The notes beneath the pieces are model-generated. The model worked only from the letters and a program-made list of their open reading frames with translations. It was not told the DNA's origin and ran no database searches. From a bacterium (GTDB lineage Bacteria; UBA8248; JACPRG01; G963555815): DNA of 64,000 nt. This document shows positions 9,310 through 18,668 of the stretch, piece by piece. Both the position numbers and the translations under genes were made by a program. Each line of letters starts with the position of its first letter. Within the stretch, counting starts at the first letter, position 1. Where the stretch lies: contig OZ244653.1 of the NCBI GenBank assembly GCA_965218795.1, positions 1,408,001 through 1,472,000 of the forward strand. Reading direction: 5' to 3'.

Positions 9310-11175
9310 TCAGGCGGTCGTCATCAACTCTTCGAATTCTTCCATCCGGGACTCAGGCGGGATGCCGTCATCGGTCCAGCCGCGCAGGCGGTAGTACCGG
9401 GTCTTCATCCTCTCGAACTGTTCTCGGTCGATACGATGGCCTTCGTATTCCTTGAGGGGCAGTCCTTCATCGAAGTATTTCTTGGGGAGGGTGTCGTCGT
9501 CGCGGGTGACGCCTTCGCGCATGTTGATGAAGCGCTCCAGGTCGAGAATCCGTCGGCCGATCTCCCGAAGCTCGTCCTCCTCGAAGTCGATGCCCGTCAC
9601 GTCTTTGATCATCTGCACGTAGTGCGGGTAATCGAACATCCGGGGACTATTGAACCCGTGGGTCACGAACCGGCATGAACCGACCGCATCGTTGACCGCG
9701 TAGATCTCATCGCTCCAGGCCACGGGGATCTCCCGCGTATCGTAGGCCGTGAAGTCGGGGTTCACCTCCGCCCCGTATAGTTTGGTGGTTGCCTCTTTGG
9801 GGAGCCGGAAGATCTCCAGGGTCGGCCGGTTGCGGAGATGGTCCATGCCGCGGGAGGACACGGCCAGTCCCAGGGCAAATCCCTTGAGGATGCGCGGATC
9901 GTGCGGATCGGTCTGGGTCAGGCCTTTGGACGCGATCATGTAGTCCATGGATTCCTTGCCGAAGTGCTTCCACGCCTGGGTGCTGTCGGCCAGCAGGTCG
10001 CCGAACCCCCGGCGCTCGGAGATGTCCACCAGAAGGTCCTTGACCAACTCTTCATCCTCGAAGCGGAGCTCGCGCCCGCCGGTCATCTCGTCGGTGACGA
10101 TCCCCTTCTCATACAGTTCAATCGCCCAGGCTATGATGGATCCCGCCGAGGAGGTATCCAGCCCCAGCTCGTTGCACATGTTGGAGAGGCGGATGACGTT
10201 TTCCGCCCCGCTGAGGCCCAGGTTGGAGCCCAGGGTGCCGATGCTCGAGTATTCCGGCCCTTCCCCGCCCGTATGACCCCGCCCGTCGTCCACGTTGTTA
10301 CGCGCCCGGCAGTGAACCACGCAATTGAAGCAGGAGGCCATCTTGTGGACGTGCTGATCGATCTCCTCCGCGACGAGAGATTCATCCCATGCGTTGAGCT
10401 GACTGTTCTTCGTGCGGATGGCGCCCAGGATGTTACTCGGCTTGTAGAGAAGGGGCGTGCCGTACCGGCCAAGGGCGCCGATGACTTTGGCCTGGACGAG
10501 AAAGTCGTTCTGCTCCTTCCGATGTGTTGTGGCGGCCTTTTCGTCGAAATAGTCGACCTTGCCCCTGCCGGTGCACACGACGGCCTTGAGGTTCTTCGAG
10601 CCCATGACCGCGCCCAGACCGCCCCGCGCCGCGATGGCCTTCTTGCCGCCCATGACACCCGCCATGCGGACCATACGTTCCCCGGCCCGGGTAATGAAGC
10701 CCGCCTTGGCTCCCTTGCCGAAGTCGCGCTCCAAAAGCTCCAGGAAATCGTGGACGTTGGTCCCCCACATATGAGCGGCGTCCTTGAGCTCGGCGTTCCC
10801 CTTTTCCAGGTGGAGATAGACCGGTTGTTCCGCCCGCCCGGTGAAAATGAGGTACTGGTAGCCAGCATCGCGGATGGAGGCCGGCCAGTGGCCGCCGATG
10901 TTGGAGTCCCCCAGAATCAGCGATTCGGGGGACTTGGCCGTGATATTGAACCGCGAGGAACTGGGGACCTTGGTCCCGGTGACAAGACCGAGGCCCATGA
11001 TGAGGGGGTTTTCGGGGGCCAGCGGATCGGTGTCGGGCGGCAGGAGCTTCCAGAGGTAGTACATGTTGATCCCGCGCCCGCCCAGGAATTTCCGGACGAG
11101 AACCTCGGAGACCTCCTCTTCGCGGAGCTCCTGTTTCGTCAGATCAACGAATAAGACTTTTCCCTGGTAATCCAA
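9310..11175 (-). CDS. Aldehyde:ferredoxin oxidoreductase family (tungstopterin) protein
   Basis: LGGRG, DSNIGG, RGGLGAVMGSKNLKA, CxxCxxxC, GPEY, DxLP; TTG start with RBS. Confidence 0.92.
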   Translation of the reverse strand: MDYQGKVLFVDLTKQELREEEVSEVLVRKFLGGRGINMYYLWKLLPPDTDPLAPENPLIMGLGLVTGTKVPSSSRFNITAKSPESLILGDSNIGGHWPASIRDAGYQYLIFTGRAEQPVYLHLEKGNAELKDAAHMWGTNVHDFLELLERDFGKGAKAGFITRAGERMVRMAGVMGGKKAIAARGGLGAVMGSKNLKAVVCTGRGKVDYFDEKAATTHRKEQNDFLVQAKVIGALGRYGTPLLYKPSNILGAIRTKNSQLNAWDESLVAEEIDQHVHKMASCFNCVVHCRARNNVDDGRGHTGGEGPEYSSIGTLGSNLGLSGAENVIRLSNMCNELGLDTSSAGSIIAWAIELYEKGIVTDEMTGGRELRFEDEELVKDLLVDISERRGFGDLLADSTQAWKHFGKESMDYMIASKGLTQTDPHDPRILKGFALGLAVSSRGMDHLRNRPTLEIFRLPKEATTKLYGAEVNPDFTAYDTREIPVAWSDEIYAVNDAVGSCRFVTHGFNSPRMFDYPHYVQMIKDVTGIDFEEDELREIGRRILDLERFINMREGVTRDDDTLPKKYFDEGLPLKEYEGHRIDREQFERMKTRYYRLRGWTDDGIPPESRMEEFEELMTTA

Positions 11176-11256
11176 GAATTCCTCTCCCGCCGGAGGGGGC
11201 TGTCAGAGGGTGCGCCCTTCCGGGTCCGCCGATTGAGCTTCTTTTTTTGGAATCGG

Positions 11257-11877
11257 TCACGTGCTGGAGGCGTACAGGTCGACGCGTTCTCCCTCTTCGG
11301 CGCGTTCTCCCGATTGGACCCACTTCACATATTCCTTTTCAGCCAAATCGCACCAATCCACATATGCCTGCTCGCACATGACCCCCTGTTCGAGGCACAG
11401 AAAAGGACCGAACAGGGAGGCGTGTTCCGAATCCGGCAGGTGGCCGTATTGCGATTCCAGCCTCCCCTTGATTTCCTGATAGGCGTCAAGCCTCTGCTGA
11501 TGAAGGGCCTTGGCTTCCCGGATGACCCGAATGGCGTCTTCCGGTTCCATCGTATCGATTGCAAAGAGCCTGAGGACCAGCTCGTCCTTGACCTTGAGAG
11601 GCCCGGGAGGCGTCCTCAGCCATTCTTCCAGCTCCTGCACCCCCTTTTCCGCGATCTCAAAAATACGCCGATTGGGCCGGGAAGTCTGTATCTCCTGACG
11701 GGAACGGACGAGCCCGTTCAGTTCCATCTTCTTCAGTTCGGGATAGATTTGACTGTGCTCGGCGTGCCAGCAGAAGGCCAGGGATTTCTCGAACCGCTTC
11801 TTGATGTCATAACCGGTCAGCGGTTTTCGACTCAAGAGCTCGAGAATTGCGAATTTCAGCAATGGGAATCTCCCCAT
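11257..11877 (-). CDS. PadR/AphA family transcriptional regulator (long C-terminal subfamily)
   Basis: AILELLS..PLTGYDI, HSQIYPEL, RPNRRIFEI..KG...L.EWL, C-terminal helical domain. Confidence 0.92.
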   Translation of the reverse strand: MGRFPLLKFAILELLSRKPLTGYDIKKRFEKSLAFCWHAEHSQIYPELKKMELNGLVRSRQEIQTSRPNRRIFEIAEKGVQELEEWLRTPPGPLKVKDELVLRLFAIDTMEPEDAIRVIREAKALHQQRLDAYQEIKGRLESQYGHLPDSEHASLFGPFLCLEQGVMCEQAYVDWCDLAEKEYVKWVQSGERAEEGERVDLYASST

Positions 11878-11925
11878 CCATTTTGAACAGCAGGATTATC
11901 GCGTCGTGAGAATACATATTTTATA

Positions 11926-11943
11926 TATGTAAATTTCTACATA
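11926..11943. promoter_or_regulatory. PadR-type operator palindrome (autoregulatory)
   Basis: TATGT-AAATTTCT-ACATA = ATGT-N8-ACAT, about 50 bp upstream of the padR start. Confidence 0.72.
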
Positions 11944-12076
11944 ATCAAATAGCCAGCCATTCTTGCACCGAACCGGAGGATATTCAAGGGGCAAAGAACG
12001 AAAATTCTGGATCCAGTGCGCCAAGCCCCGGCACATACGCTTCCGGCCGACTCTTCTCGATGCGGATTGAAATCGG

Positions 12077-12358
12077 CTATCCGCCCGCAAAGGAGACCAT
12101 CAAGGCCACCTCGTCGCCTTCTTGAAGCTCGCGGTCGAGGCTCCCGTCCCGGCTGACTTGCGCATCGTTCACAGCCACAAAGATGTGAGGCTCCAGGCGG
12201 CCGTCTTGGTCGAACAGCTCCTCCCCCATTGCGGGAAACCGGGATTTCAATTGTAGCAGCACGTCCTGGACGGTTGTCCCTTCCGCCATATCATAATCCA
12301 GCCGTTCGTTCCCTGCGGCGTCCTTCAGAACGCTGGTCAAGACAACTTGAATCTTCAT
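12077..12358 (-). CDS. MoaD/ThiS family sulfur-carrier protein
   Basis: Ubiquitin-like, about 93 aa, VAVN..., GDEVAL..., C-terminal GG. Confidence 0.88.
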   Translation of the reverse strand: MKIQVVLTSVLKDAAGNERLDYDMAEGTTVQDVLLQLKSRFPAMGEELFDQDGRLEPHIFVAVNDAQVSRDGSLDRELQEGDEVALMVSFAGG

Positions 12359-12455
12359 CGACCCCTTCGCCGGATCCCATAGTTCAACCCTGAAAACATC
12401 AATCAAGAATGTCGGTGCTCCGATCCAAATCAGGCGCGGCGTCAAATTTCATACT

Positions 12456-13745
12456 TCAGTTTCTTTGCAGCCGCCGGGCCTTGAGCTCGAATCTCGGCAG
12501 GGCGCCCGGCTCGACCAGCGTGACCACCGCGCGGACGCCCAGCCGGTTCTGGACCTGCTCGGAGAGCCGGCTGGCCACCGAGTTCGCCGGGGCGGATTCG
12601 ACGCACTCCAGGCACAGTTTGAGCTCGGCCATTTCCCGTACGGTCTCAACCTCGATCCGGAACTCCTCGACCTCACTGAACTCCCGGACGATGTTCTCGA
12701 CGGCGCTGGGGTAGACGTTCACCCCGCGCACCACGAACATATCGTCGGCGCGGCCGATGATCCCGCCTTCGGCCCAGGCAAAGGTGCGGCCGTCCGGACA
12801 TTCCTCGGGCGAGATTCGGATCAAGTCCCTCGTCCGGTAGCGGATGACCGGCATGCCCGCCCGGCCCAGGTTCGTGATAACCAATTCCCCTTCCCCGCCG
12901 GGCTCCACCGGGGTCTGCCCGCCGGGCTCGAGCACCTCGATGATGAACTCGGCCTCATTCAGGTAGGCCCCGCCGGGCCGGTCGATTCCCTCGAACCCGA
13001 AGGCCCCCACCTCCGTGGCTCCGGTGTGGTCGATACAGCGGGCGCCCCACGCCTCTTCGATCCGCCGCTTCGTGGCCGGAATGTTGGCTCCGGGTTCTCC
13101 TGCATGAACGGTTACCCGGACAGGACTATCGGCCAAGTCGACCCCCATCTCGCGGGCTTCTTCGGCCAGCCTGAGGGCATAGGTCGGGGTGCAGACCACG
13201 ACAGTGGATTTCGATTCCAGTATCGCCTCGACCCGTTGACGGGTGGAAAGCCCTCCTCCGGGGATGAGCAGGGCGCCCACCTTCCTCACGCCCTCCACCG
13301 CCGCCCAGAACCCGATGAACGGAGCGAAGGAGAAAGCGACGAAAACACGGTCCTCGGCAGTGACGCCGGCGGCGGCGAATACATAGCCCCAGCAGGCGCC
13401 CCACCAGTCCCAGCTTTCTCTTGTATCCAGCCACCGGAGCGGCTGTCCCGTCGTGCCCGATGTCTGATGAATCCGGACGTATTCCGACGGAGGAAGGGTA
13501 AGGTTCGTTCCGAACTCGGGATGTTCGCGCTGGTCCCGGACCAGCTCGTCTTTGAGGGTGAACGGGATGCGGTGGAGGTCGTCGAGACCTCGTACGTCCC
13601 GTGGGCCCAGGCCTGAGGCTTCCAGCTTTCGCGTATAGAACCCGTTCCGGCCGTGTATGGCCGCAATCAATGCGCGGAGCTTCTCACTTTGGAGGACGGT
13701 CAGATGATCCCGGCCGGCCGTTTCAATTTCCCTGGCAAAAAACAA
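12456..13745 (-). CDS. Phenylacetate-CoA ligase (PaaK/F390 synthetase-like) family protein A
   Basis: TSGTTG, CTPTYALRL, AGEPG, RYRTRD, GRADDM..VRGVNVYP; TTG start inferred. Confidence 0.88.
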   Translation of the reverse strand: MFFAREIETAGRDHLTVLQSEKLRALIAAIHGRNGFYTRKLEASGLGPRDVRGLDDLHRIPFTLKDELVRDQREHPEFGTNLTLPPSEYVRIHQTSGTTGQPLRWLDTRESWDWWGACWGYVFAAAGVTAEDRVFVAFSFAPFIGFWAAVEGVRKVGALLIPGGGLSTRQRVEAILESKSTVVVCTPTYALRLAEEAREMGVDLADSPVRVTVHAGEPGANIPATKRRIEEAWGARCIDHTGATEVGAFGFEGIDRPGGAYLNEAEFIIEVLEPGGQTPVEPGGEGELVITNLGRAGMPVIRYRTRDLIRISPEECPDGRTFAWAEGGIIGRADDMFVVRGVNVYPSAVENIVREFSEVEEFRIEVETVREMAELKLCLECVESAPANSVASRLSEQVQNRLGVRAVVTLVEPGALPRFELKARRLQRN

Positions 13746-13837
13746 CGCGCGGCTCTTCCCGATAACAACGATGTCAATCCGTGACGGACCCCATGAAAAG
13801 GAGCCTGCGAATCCGGACGCCTGACGATGGAACCCCG

Positions 13838-14575
13838 TCAATCGATATTCGACTCGTCCTTGTACATCACCTTGTGCCGCTTGGTTTCAATCCATTCCCG
13901 GATGTCTGCGTCGGTCTTCGTCCTCGAAGAGTCATACCGCCCCCAATGGACGATTTCCTCCAAAGATTTCTTTTGGCGGACGTAAGGCTCTCTTTCCGGA
14001 CGGCCGAAGCACATGATGTCAATCACGTCAAGAACCCCGGGCGCCCCCAGAATCGGCTTCAGCGCCTTCTGGGCCCTTTCCTGCCCGATGGCCGTCACCC
14101 ACCAGGACGAATACCCCAATGCGGCCGCGGCCAAATGCATGCTCATCACAGAGGCCGCCAGGCTCTGGAGAAGGATTCGTTGCGCATTGGCTTGGTACAT
14201 CTCGTCCAGCTCGCTTCCGTCGTTGAGGACCGGAAACGCGTTCACATAACGGAAATCGACCAGAGCGACGATGAGCCCGGGTGCGGTCTTCATGCCGCTG
14301 TAGTTGGGGGTCGGGAACCCCATTTGCATCTTCGCGCGCTTCCGGGCCTCGTTGATGAAGTAATCGCCAATCTTCTCTTTGAGGGCGGGCTCCTCAACGA
14401 TGATGTATTCCCAGGGTTGGGAATTGGCCCCCGAGCAGGCGTGACGTCCCGCCTCGATGATCTGTTCGAATACTTCCCTGGAAACTGCTTCTTCTTTGAA
14501 TTTTCGGCTTGTGTGCCGGCTTCGGACTATTTCCATGTACGAGCTGTAAAGATCCGTCGCGGTTTCCATTGTCAT
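13838..14575 (-). CDS. Nitroreductase family flavoprotein
   Basis: RHTSRKF, SGANSQPWE, MHLAAAALGY, R.KKSL. Confidence 0.88.
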   Translation of the reverse strand: MTMETATDLYSSYMEIVRSRHTSRKFKEEAVSREVFEQIIEAGRHACSGANSQPWEYIIVEEPALKEKIGDYFINEARKRAKMQMGFPTPNYSGMKTAPGLIVALVDFRYVNAFPVLNDGSELDEMYQANAQRILLQSLAASVMSMHLAAAALGYSSWWVTAIGQERAQKALKPILGAPGVLDVIDIMCFGRPEREPYVRQKKSLEEIVHWGRYDSSRTKTDADIREWIETKRHKVMYKDESNID

Positions 14576-14661
14576 GAGCTTTCCCCTTTTCATCGAACAG
14601 CGACCATCGTCGGATGGACGGCGCCTGGACTCGTTTCGTCGATTCCATATGGAAGGCTTCT

Positions 14662-14679
14662 TATGAAGATACTTACATA
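14662..14679. promoter_or_regulatory. PadR-type operator palindrome
   Basis: TATGA-AGATACTT-ACATA (ATGW-N8-ACAT) upstream of the nitroreductase-PaaK-MoaD genes. Confidence 0.68.
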
Positions 14680-14771
14680 TTACACCATTTACATGAGTCT
14701 GAAAGCAAGATTGTCCCTTCTTTCCTTCTCATCCTCCAAGGGTCGGAGGAAGCTGTCTTCCGCAGCCTCGT

Positions 14772-15569
14772 CTATTTCAACTTCCGGAAGGGTGTGATGA
14801 TCATTCCCCGGAAGGTATGCCAGTCCGGGCTTGTGGATTGCTCCAGGCCGTACCGGACGTCGTGTACATCATCCCGCCGGCTATAGCTGCGGAACACCCG
14901 GTCCCACCAGGAAAATACGCTCGAATAATTTGAATTGGTTTCCGGCATGCAATCCGAATGATGAAGCCGATGCATACCGGGAGACACGATGACGGCGCGC
15001 AATGCGGCGTCCACCATCGCGGGCAAACCTACGTTGCTGTGATGAAGCAGGATGACGGGGAGCAGAATCGCCTCGTAAAGGACCAGCTGCCAGAGCGCCA
15101 TCCCCAGAAGAGGAATCACGAGAAGGCGCGCGATATACGAGAGAATGATCTCCCCCGGGTGGAATCGAACCGCCGACGTCACATCCACCCGGGGATCCGT
15201 ATGGTGAACCTTGTGGAATCGCCACAGGAAGGGGATTTCATGATTGATTCGGTGCCACCAGTACATCCAGGCGTCGAATATCAGGAGGGCCAGCGGGATC
15301 TCCGCCCAAAGGGGGAGCGCCAGCCAAGGGAGCAACCCGAATCCGGCTTCTCGCGACCCTCCGGCAACCAAGGCCACGGCGCCTGCGAAAAAAGCCCCGA
15401 TGACGAACGCATTCACTGCCCCGAACGCCAAATTCCTGACCGCATGCGTCCATCTGGACTTTGTCTGGTTGAATTCTACGAAGAACGGAAACCAGGTTTC
15501 GAGGAACCAGAGGAGAACGAGGCCCCCCAGCGAGACCAAGGTTTTCGAAGACATCAAGGCTTCAATCAT
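14772..15569 (-). CDS. Sterol desaturase/fatty acid hydroxylase family membrane protein
   Basis: His boxes HRINH, HKVHH, HRLHH and NSNYS; hydrophobic segments. Confidence 0.9.
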   Translation of the reverse strand: MIEALMSSKTLVSLGGLVLLWFLETWFPFFVEFNQTKSRWTHAVRNLAFGAVNAFVIGAFFAGAVALVAGGSREAGFGLLPWLALPLWAEIPLALLIFDAWMYWWHRINHEIPFLWRFHKVHHTDPRVDVTSAVRFHPGEIILSYIARLLVIPLLGMALWQLVLYEAILLPVILLHHSNVGLPAMVDAALRAVIVSPGMHRLHHSDCMPETNSNYSSVFSWWDRVFRSYSRRDDVHDVRYGLEQSTSPDWHTFRGMIITPFRKLK

Positions 15570-15745
15570 TGCTCATCCGGCCAATGGGGCTCGGACCGAC
15601 CGGGACCGCCCCGAATCCATAAGACCCCGCCGTCCAATCTGAATTGGTGGCGCCTGCCTCGCGCAAATCGAGCTCACTTCGTCCCGGGGCAATGAAAAAA
15701 CATCGGGGAGGAGGCTCTGCTTTAGAAGAAACGGCCGCCAATCGA

Positions 15746-17071
15746 TCACAAAGCGGAGTCTCTCTGGTCGACGACGCGACGCGCCTTGAATTCATGCCGG
15801 GGAAGGCTCCCCGCATCGCATATTTCGATCTTGAAGCGAAGTCCGCCGTGGGTGCGGCTGAGGGCCTTCTCCAGCTCTTCGGACAACCCCTCCCGGCTCA
15901 TTCCATCGTTCGCCGGCTCAAAACGCAAGGTGATTTCATCCGCGCCGGCTTCATTTTTTTCCAAAATGAGTTGCCACTCGTCCACGGGGACGCATCCCCT
16001 CAAAACCTGCTCTACCGAACCGGGGAACACGTTGACCCCGCGCACGATGAGCATATCGTCGGATCGGCCAAGAACGCCTCTCTCGAACAGCAGGAACGTC
16101 CGCCCGCAGCCGCAGCCGCGCCTCGTGGGTCGAACCAGATCCCCCGTCCGGTAACGCATGGCCGGAAAGCCGAACCGGCCGAGGTTCGTGAGCACGAGGC
16201 CCCCGACCTCTCCTTCTTCCACCGGTTCCTCGGTTGCGGGATCCAGGACTTCGAGGATGTGCTCCGCCTCCAGGGCATGCAATCCGGCCTGCTCCATGCA
16301 CGAATAGCCGAACAGCCCCGCTTCGGTCATCCCGGCGAACTCGAACGTCTTCGCCCCCCAGGCCTCTTCAATCGACTGGCGCATAGAGGGGATGGAAGCG
16401 CCCGGCTCCCCGGCGTGGATGGTGCGGCGGATGGACGATCTTGCGATATCCAGCCCCGCTTCCCGCGCGACCTCGGCCAGGCGGAGAGCATAAGAAGGCG
16501 TGCATACCAATACCGTTGCTTCGAGGTCGAGGATCAACCGAAGCCTGTCCTCAGAGGAAAACCCGCCGCCCGGAATGACGGAGGCCCCAATGTGCTCGGC
16601 ACCCCCGAACATTGTCCAGAAGGCCGCGAATGGACCGAATTGGAAAGCGAAGAACACCCGGTCGGCGGCGGATACCCCGGCCGAGCGGTACAGGTACGCC
16701 GCCGTCTCCATTCGCCACGCCCAACTCTCCCTTGTTTCCATCACCCGGAGAGAGCGCCCGCTGGTACCCGACGTCTGAAAGATCCGGACATAATCACTCA
16801 GCGGTTCGGTATGGTTCCGGCCGAAGGGGGGATGCGCCGCCTGCTCCTCTTCCCATTCCAGCTTGGTCGTTATCGGGAGTTTTCGGAGATCGTCCGGGGA
16901 CTGTATGTCTTCAAGGGACACTCCCGCCTGCGCATACTTTTCCCGGTAGAACCCGGATCGGTCGAATACATACCGAAGCTGAGACTGGAGCTTCGTCCAC
17001 TGCAAAGCCCGGATGGCCTCGGCTGATGAGGTTTCGACTTCCGGTTTCCAATAACTCACCGATTCATGCAT
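15746..17071 (-). CDS. Phenylacetate-CoA ligase family protein B
   Basis: TSGTSG, CTPSYALRL, AGEPG, RYRTGD, GRSDDM..VRGVNVFP. Confidence 0.9.
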   Translation of the reverse strand: MHESVSYWKPEVETSSAEAIRALQWTKLQSQLRYVFDRSGFYREKYAQAGVSLEDIQSPDDLRKLPITTKLEWEEEQAAHPPFGRNHTEPLSDYVRIFQTSGTSGRSLRVMETRESWAWRMETAAYLYRSAGVSAADRVFFAFQFGPFAAFWTMFGGAEHIGASVIPGGGFSSEDRLRLILDLEATVLVCTPSYALRLAEVAREAGLDIARSSIRRTIHAGEPGASIPSMRQSIEEAWGAKTFEFAGMTEAGLFGYSCMEQAGLHALEAEHILEVLDPATEEPVEEGEVGGLVLTNLGRFGFPAMRYRTGDLVRPTRRGCGCGRTFLLFERGVLGRSDDMLIVRGVNVFPGSVEQVLRGCVPVDEWQLILEKNEAGADEITLRFEPANDGMSREGLSEELEKALSRTHGGLRFKIEICDAGSLPRHEFKARRVVDQRDSAL

Positions 17072-17098
17072 TGAAGGATTCTTGTGATTCGAACGGCT

Positions 17099-18460
17099 CT
17101 ACTGTCCGCCGTCAACAAAATCCTCAAGGCGCACGCCGGCCATCACATCGGGGGGGATTTCATTTCGGTTGGCGAACTCGGCCAGCGTCGGCTTGGCCGT
17201 GGCGTCGATTCCGACTTTGGAAGTAAACCCGTCCGGCTGGGATGACGGATCGAGATCCGACCCCCGCGCATTGGGAATGACACAGATATCCCGGTGCGGC
17301 TGGCAGCGTGTGCCGATGGCCCACTGGACGCGAAAATCGTCGAACACATCGACGTCATGGTCGACGACCACCACCCGCTTCAGATACAGCTCTGAGCCGA
17401 ACGCGGCGAGCACGGCGTTCATGGATTGCCCCGCAACCCGCTTCTCAATGGAGATGTAAACGGTGAATGGAGCCGGGATCCGGACCGCCCGGGTGGATGG
17501 CACAGCGGCCCGCACGGCCCTCAAAAGATTCGCCTCCATGGGAATGGTGGAGAGGACCATGTGGTCCGCGTGGGCAACGTTGATATCGTGAAACAGGGCG
17601 TCCTTCCGCCGGGTGACGGCCTTCACGTGGACCACTTCGCGCGGCCGCTCGCCAAGGGAGTAACCCGTGAATTCGCTGAAGGGTCCCTCGGGCTCCCGAA
17701 CGCCGGGGGGAATCTCCCCCTCGATGACAAGCTCCGCTTGCGCGGGGATGGGTATATCGACCGTCTCGCCCCTCACCACTTCCAGCGGCTCCTGGAGAAG
17801 CCCGCCGATGACGGCCAGCTCGTCCTCATCCGCGGCCCCCACGTGGAGCGTCCCCAACGCCCATAAGGGGTGAAGCCCGAAGACAAGTGCGATGGGCAGA
17901 GCCTCCCCACGCGCTTCGGCCTTCTGGTAGAACTCCCAATGGTGCTTGGCCAGGGTGAGGTGAATGCCGGTTTTCCGGGGACCCTTGACCATCAGCCGGT
18001 TGAAGCTGGCGTTGAGGGCTCCGGTTTCCGGATCTCGGGTAATGGCCATCGCGCCGGTGAAGTAGGGGCCTGCATCTGTCCAATGGTGATGGATTTGCGG
18101 CAGCTTGAGGATGTCAACCGAATCGCCGGTCTCGACCACTTCTTTGACCGGCCCGGTGCCCACCTCTTTGGGAGGAATCGGATTGAACCCCCGCCGGTCG
18201 AATTCCGCGACAGCGTTTTTGACATCGGTCCCAAGGGCGCCAGCCAATCGTGAGCGTTTGGCGAAAACGTTGGTCACAACAGTGAAATCCGTACCCTTGA
18301 CGTTCCGTAATTCCAGAACGGGCCGGCGGCGGACCCCTTCGAGCTTTTCCGTCAGGGCCGTAATCTCGAAGTTCGGGTCGATCTCACGTTCGACGACTTC
18401 ATATTCCTCGGGGGCGGCCGAACGGACTTCTTTCAGGAACCCCCTCAAGTCATCAGCCAT
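17099..18460 (-). CDS. UbiD family prFMN-dependent (de)carboxylase
   Basis: DLRGFL, DAGPY, NR, EGPFSEFTGY, VVVVDHDVD, KVGIDAT. Confidence 0.93.
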   Translation of the reverse strand: MADDLRGFLKEVRSAAPEEYEVVEREIDPNFEITALTEKLEGVRRRPVLELRNVKGTDFTVVTNVFAKRSRLAGALGTDVKNAVAEFDRRGFNPIPPKEVGTGPVKEVVETGDSVDILKLPQIHHHWTDAGPYFTGAMAITRDPETGALNASFNRLMVKGPRKTGIHLTLAKHHWEFYQKAEARGEALPIALVFGLHPLWALGTLHVGAADEDELAVIGGLLQEPLEVVRGETVDIPIPAQAELVIEGEIPPGVREPEGPFSEFTGYSLGERPREVVHVKAVTRRKDALFHDINVAHADHMVLSTIPMEANLLRAVRAAVPSTRAVRIPAPFTVYISIEKRVAGQSMNAVLAAFGSELYLKRVVVVDHDVDVFDDFRVQWAIGTRCQPHRDICVIPNARGSDLDPSSQPDGFTSKVGIDATAKPTLAEFANRNEIPPDVMAGVRLEDFVDGGQ

Positions 18461-18668
18461 AACCCTGTTTATTCTCCGTGTCGAATCAAGAATCCGTGTA
18501 CCGTTAGCATGTCCTGCAAATCGAGTCAAATCCTGTTTCCCTTTATGCAACACCGCTCAGCCTCGACATCGGGGGTGGTATCCTTTACATTGTGCCCCTT
18601 AGACGACCCCGCTATTTGTGGAAGTTTTTCACATCCGCAAGTTCCTTTTCCGTCCAAGAGGACGCAGC

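Noticed and set aside
9310-11175. Class II benzoyl-CoA reductase BamB
   Set aside because: It keeps the AOR-type GPEY Glu, and no bamC-I genes are nearby
18574-18592. Fourth PadR box between UbiD and the RDase-like gene
   Set aside because: Only the ACAT half-site matches (GTGG-N8-ACAT)
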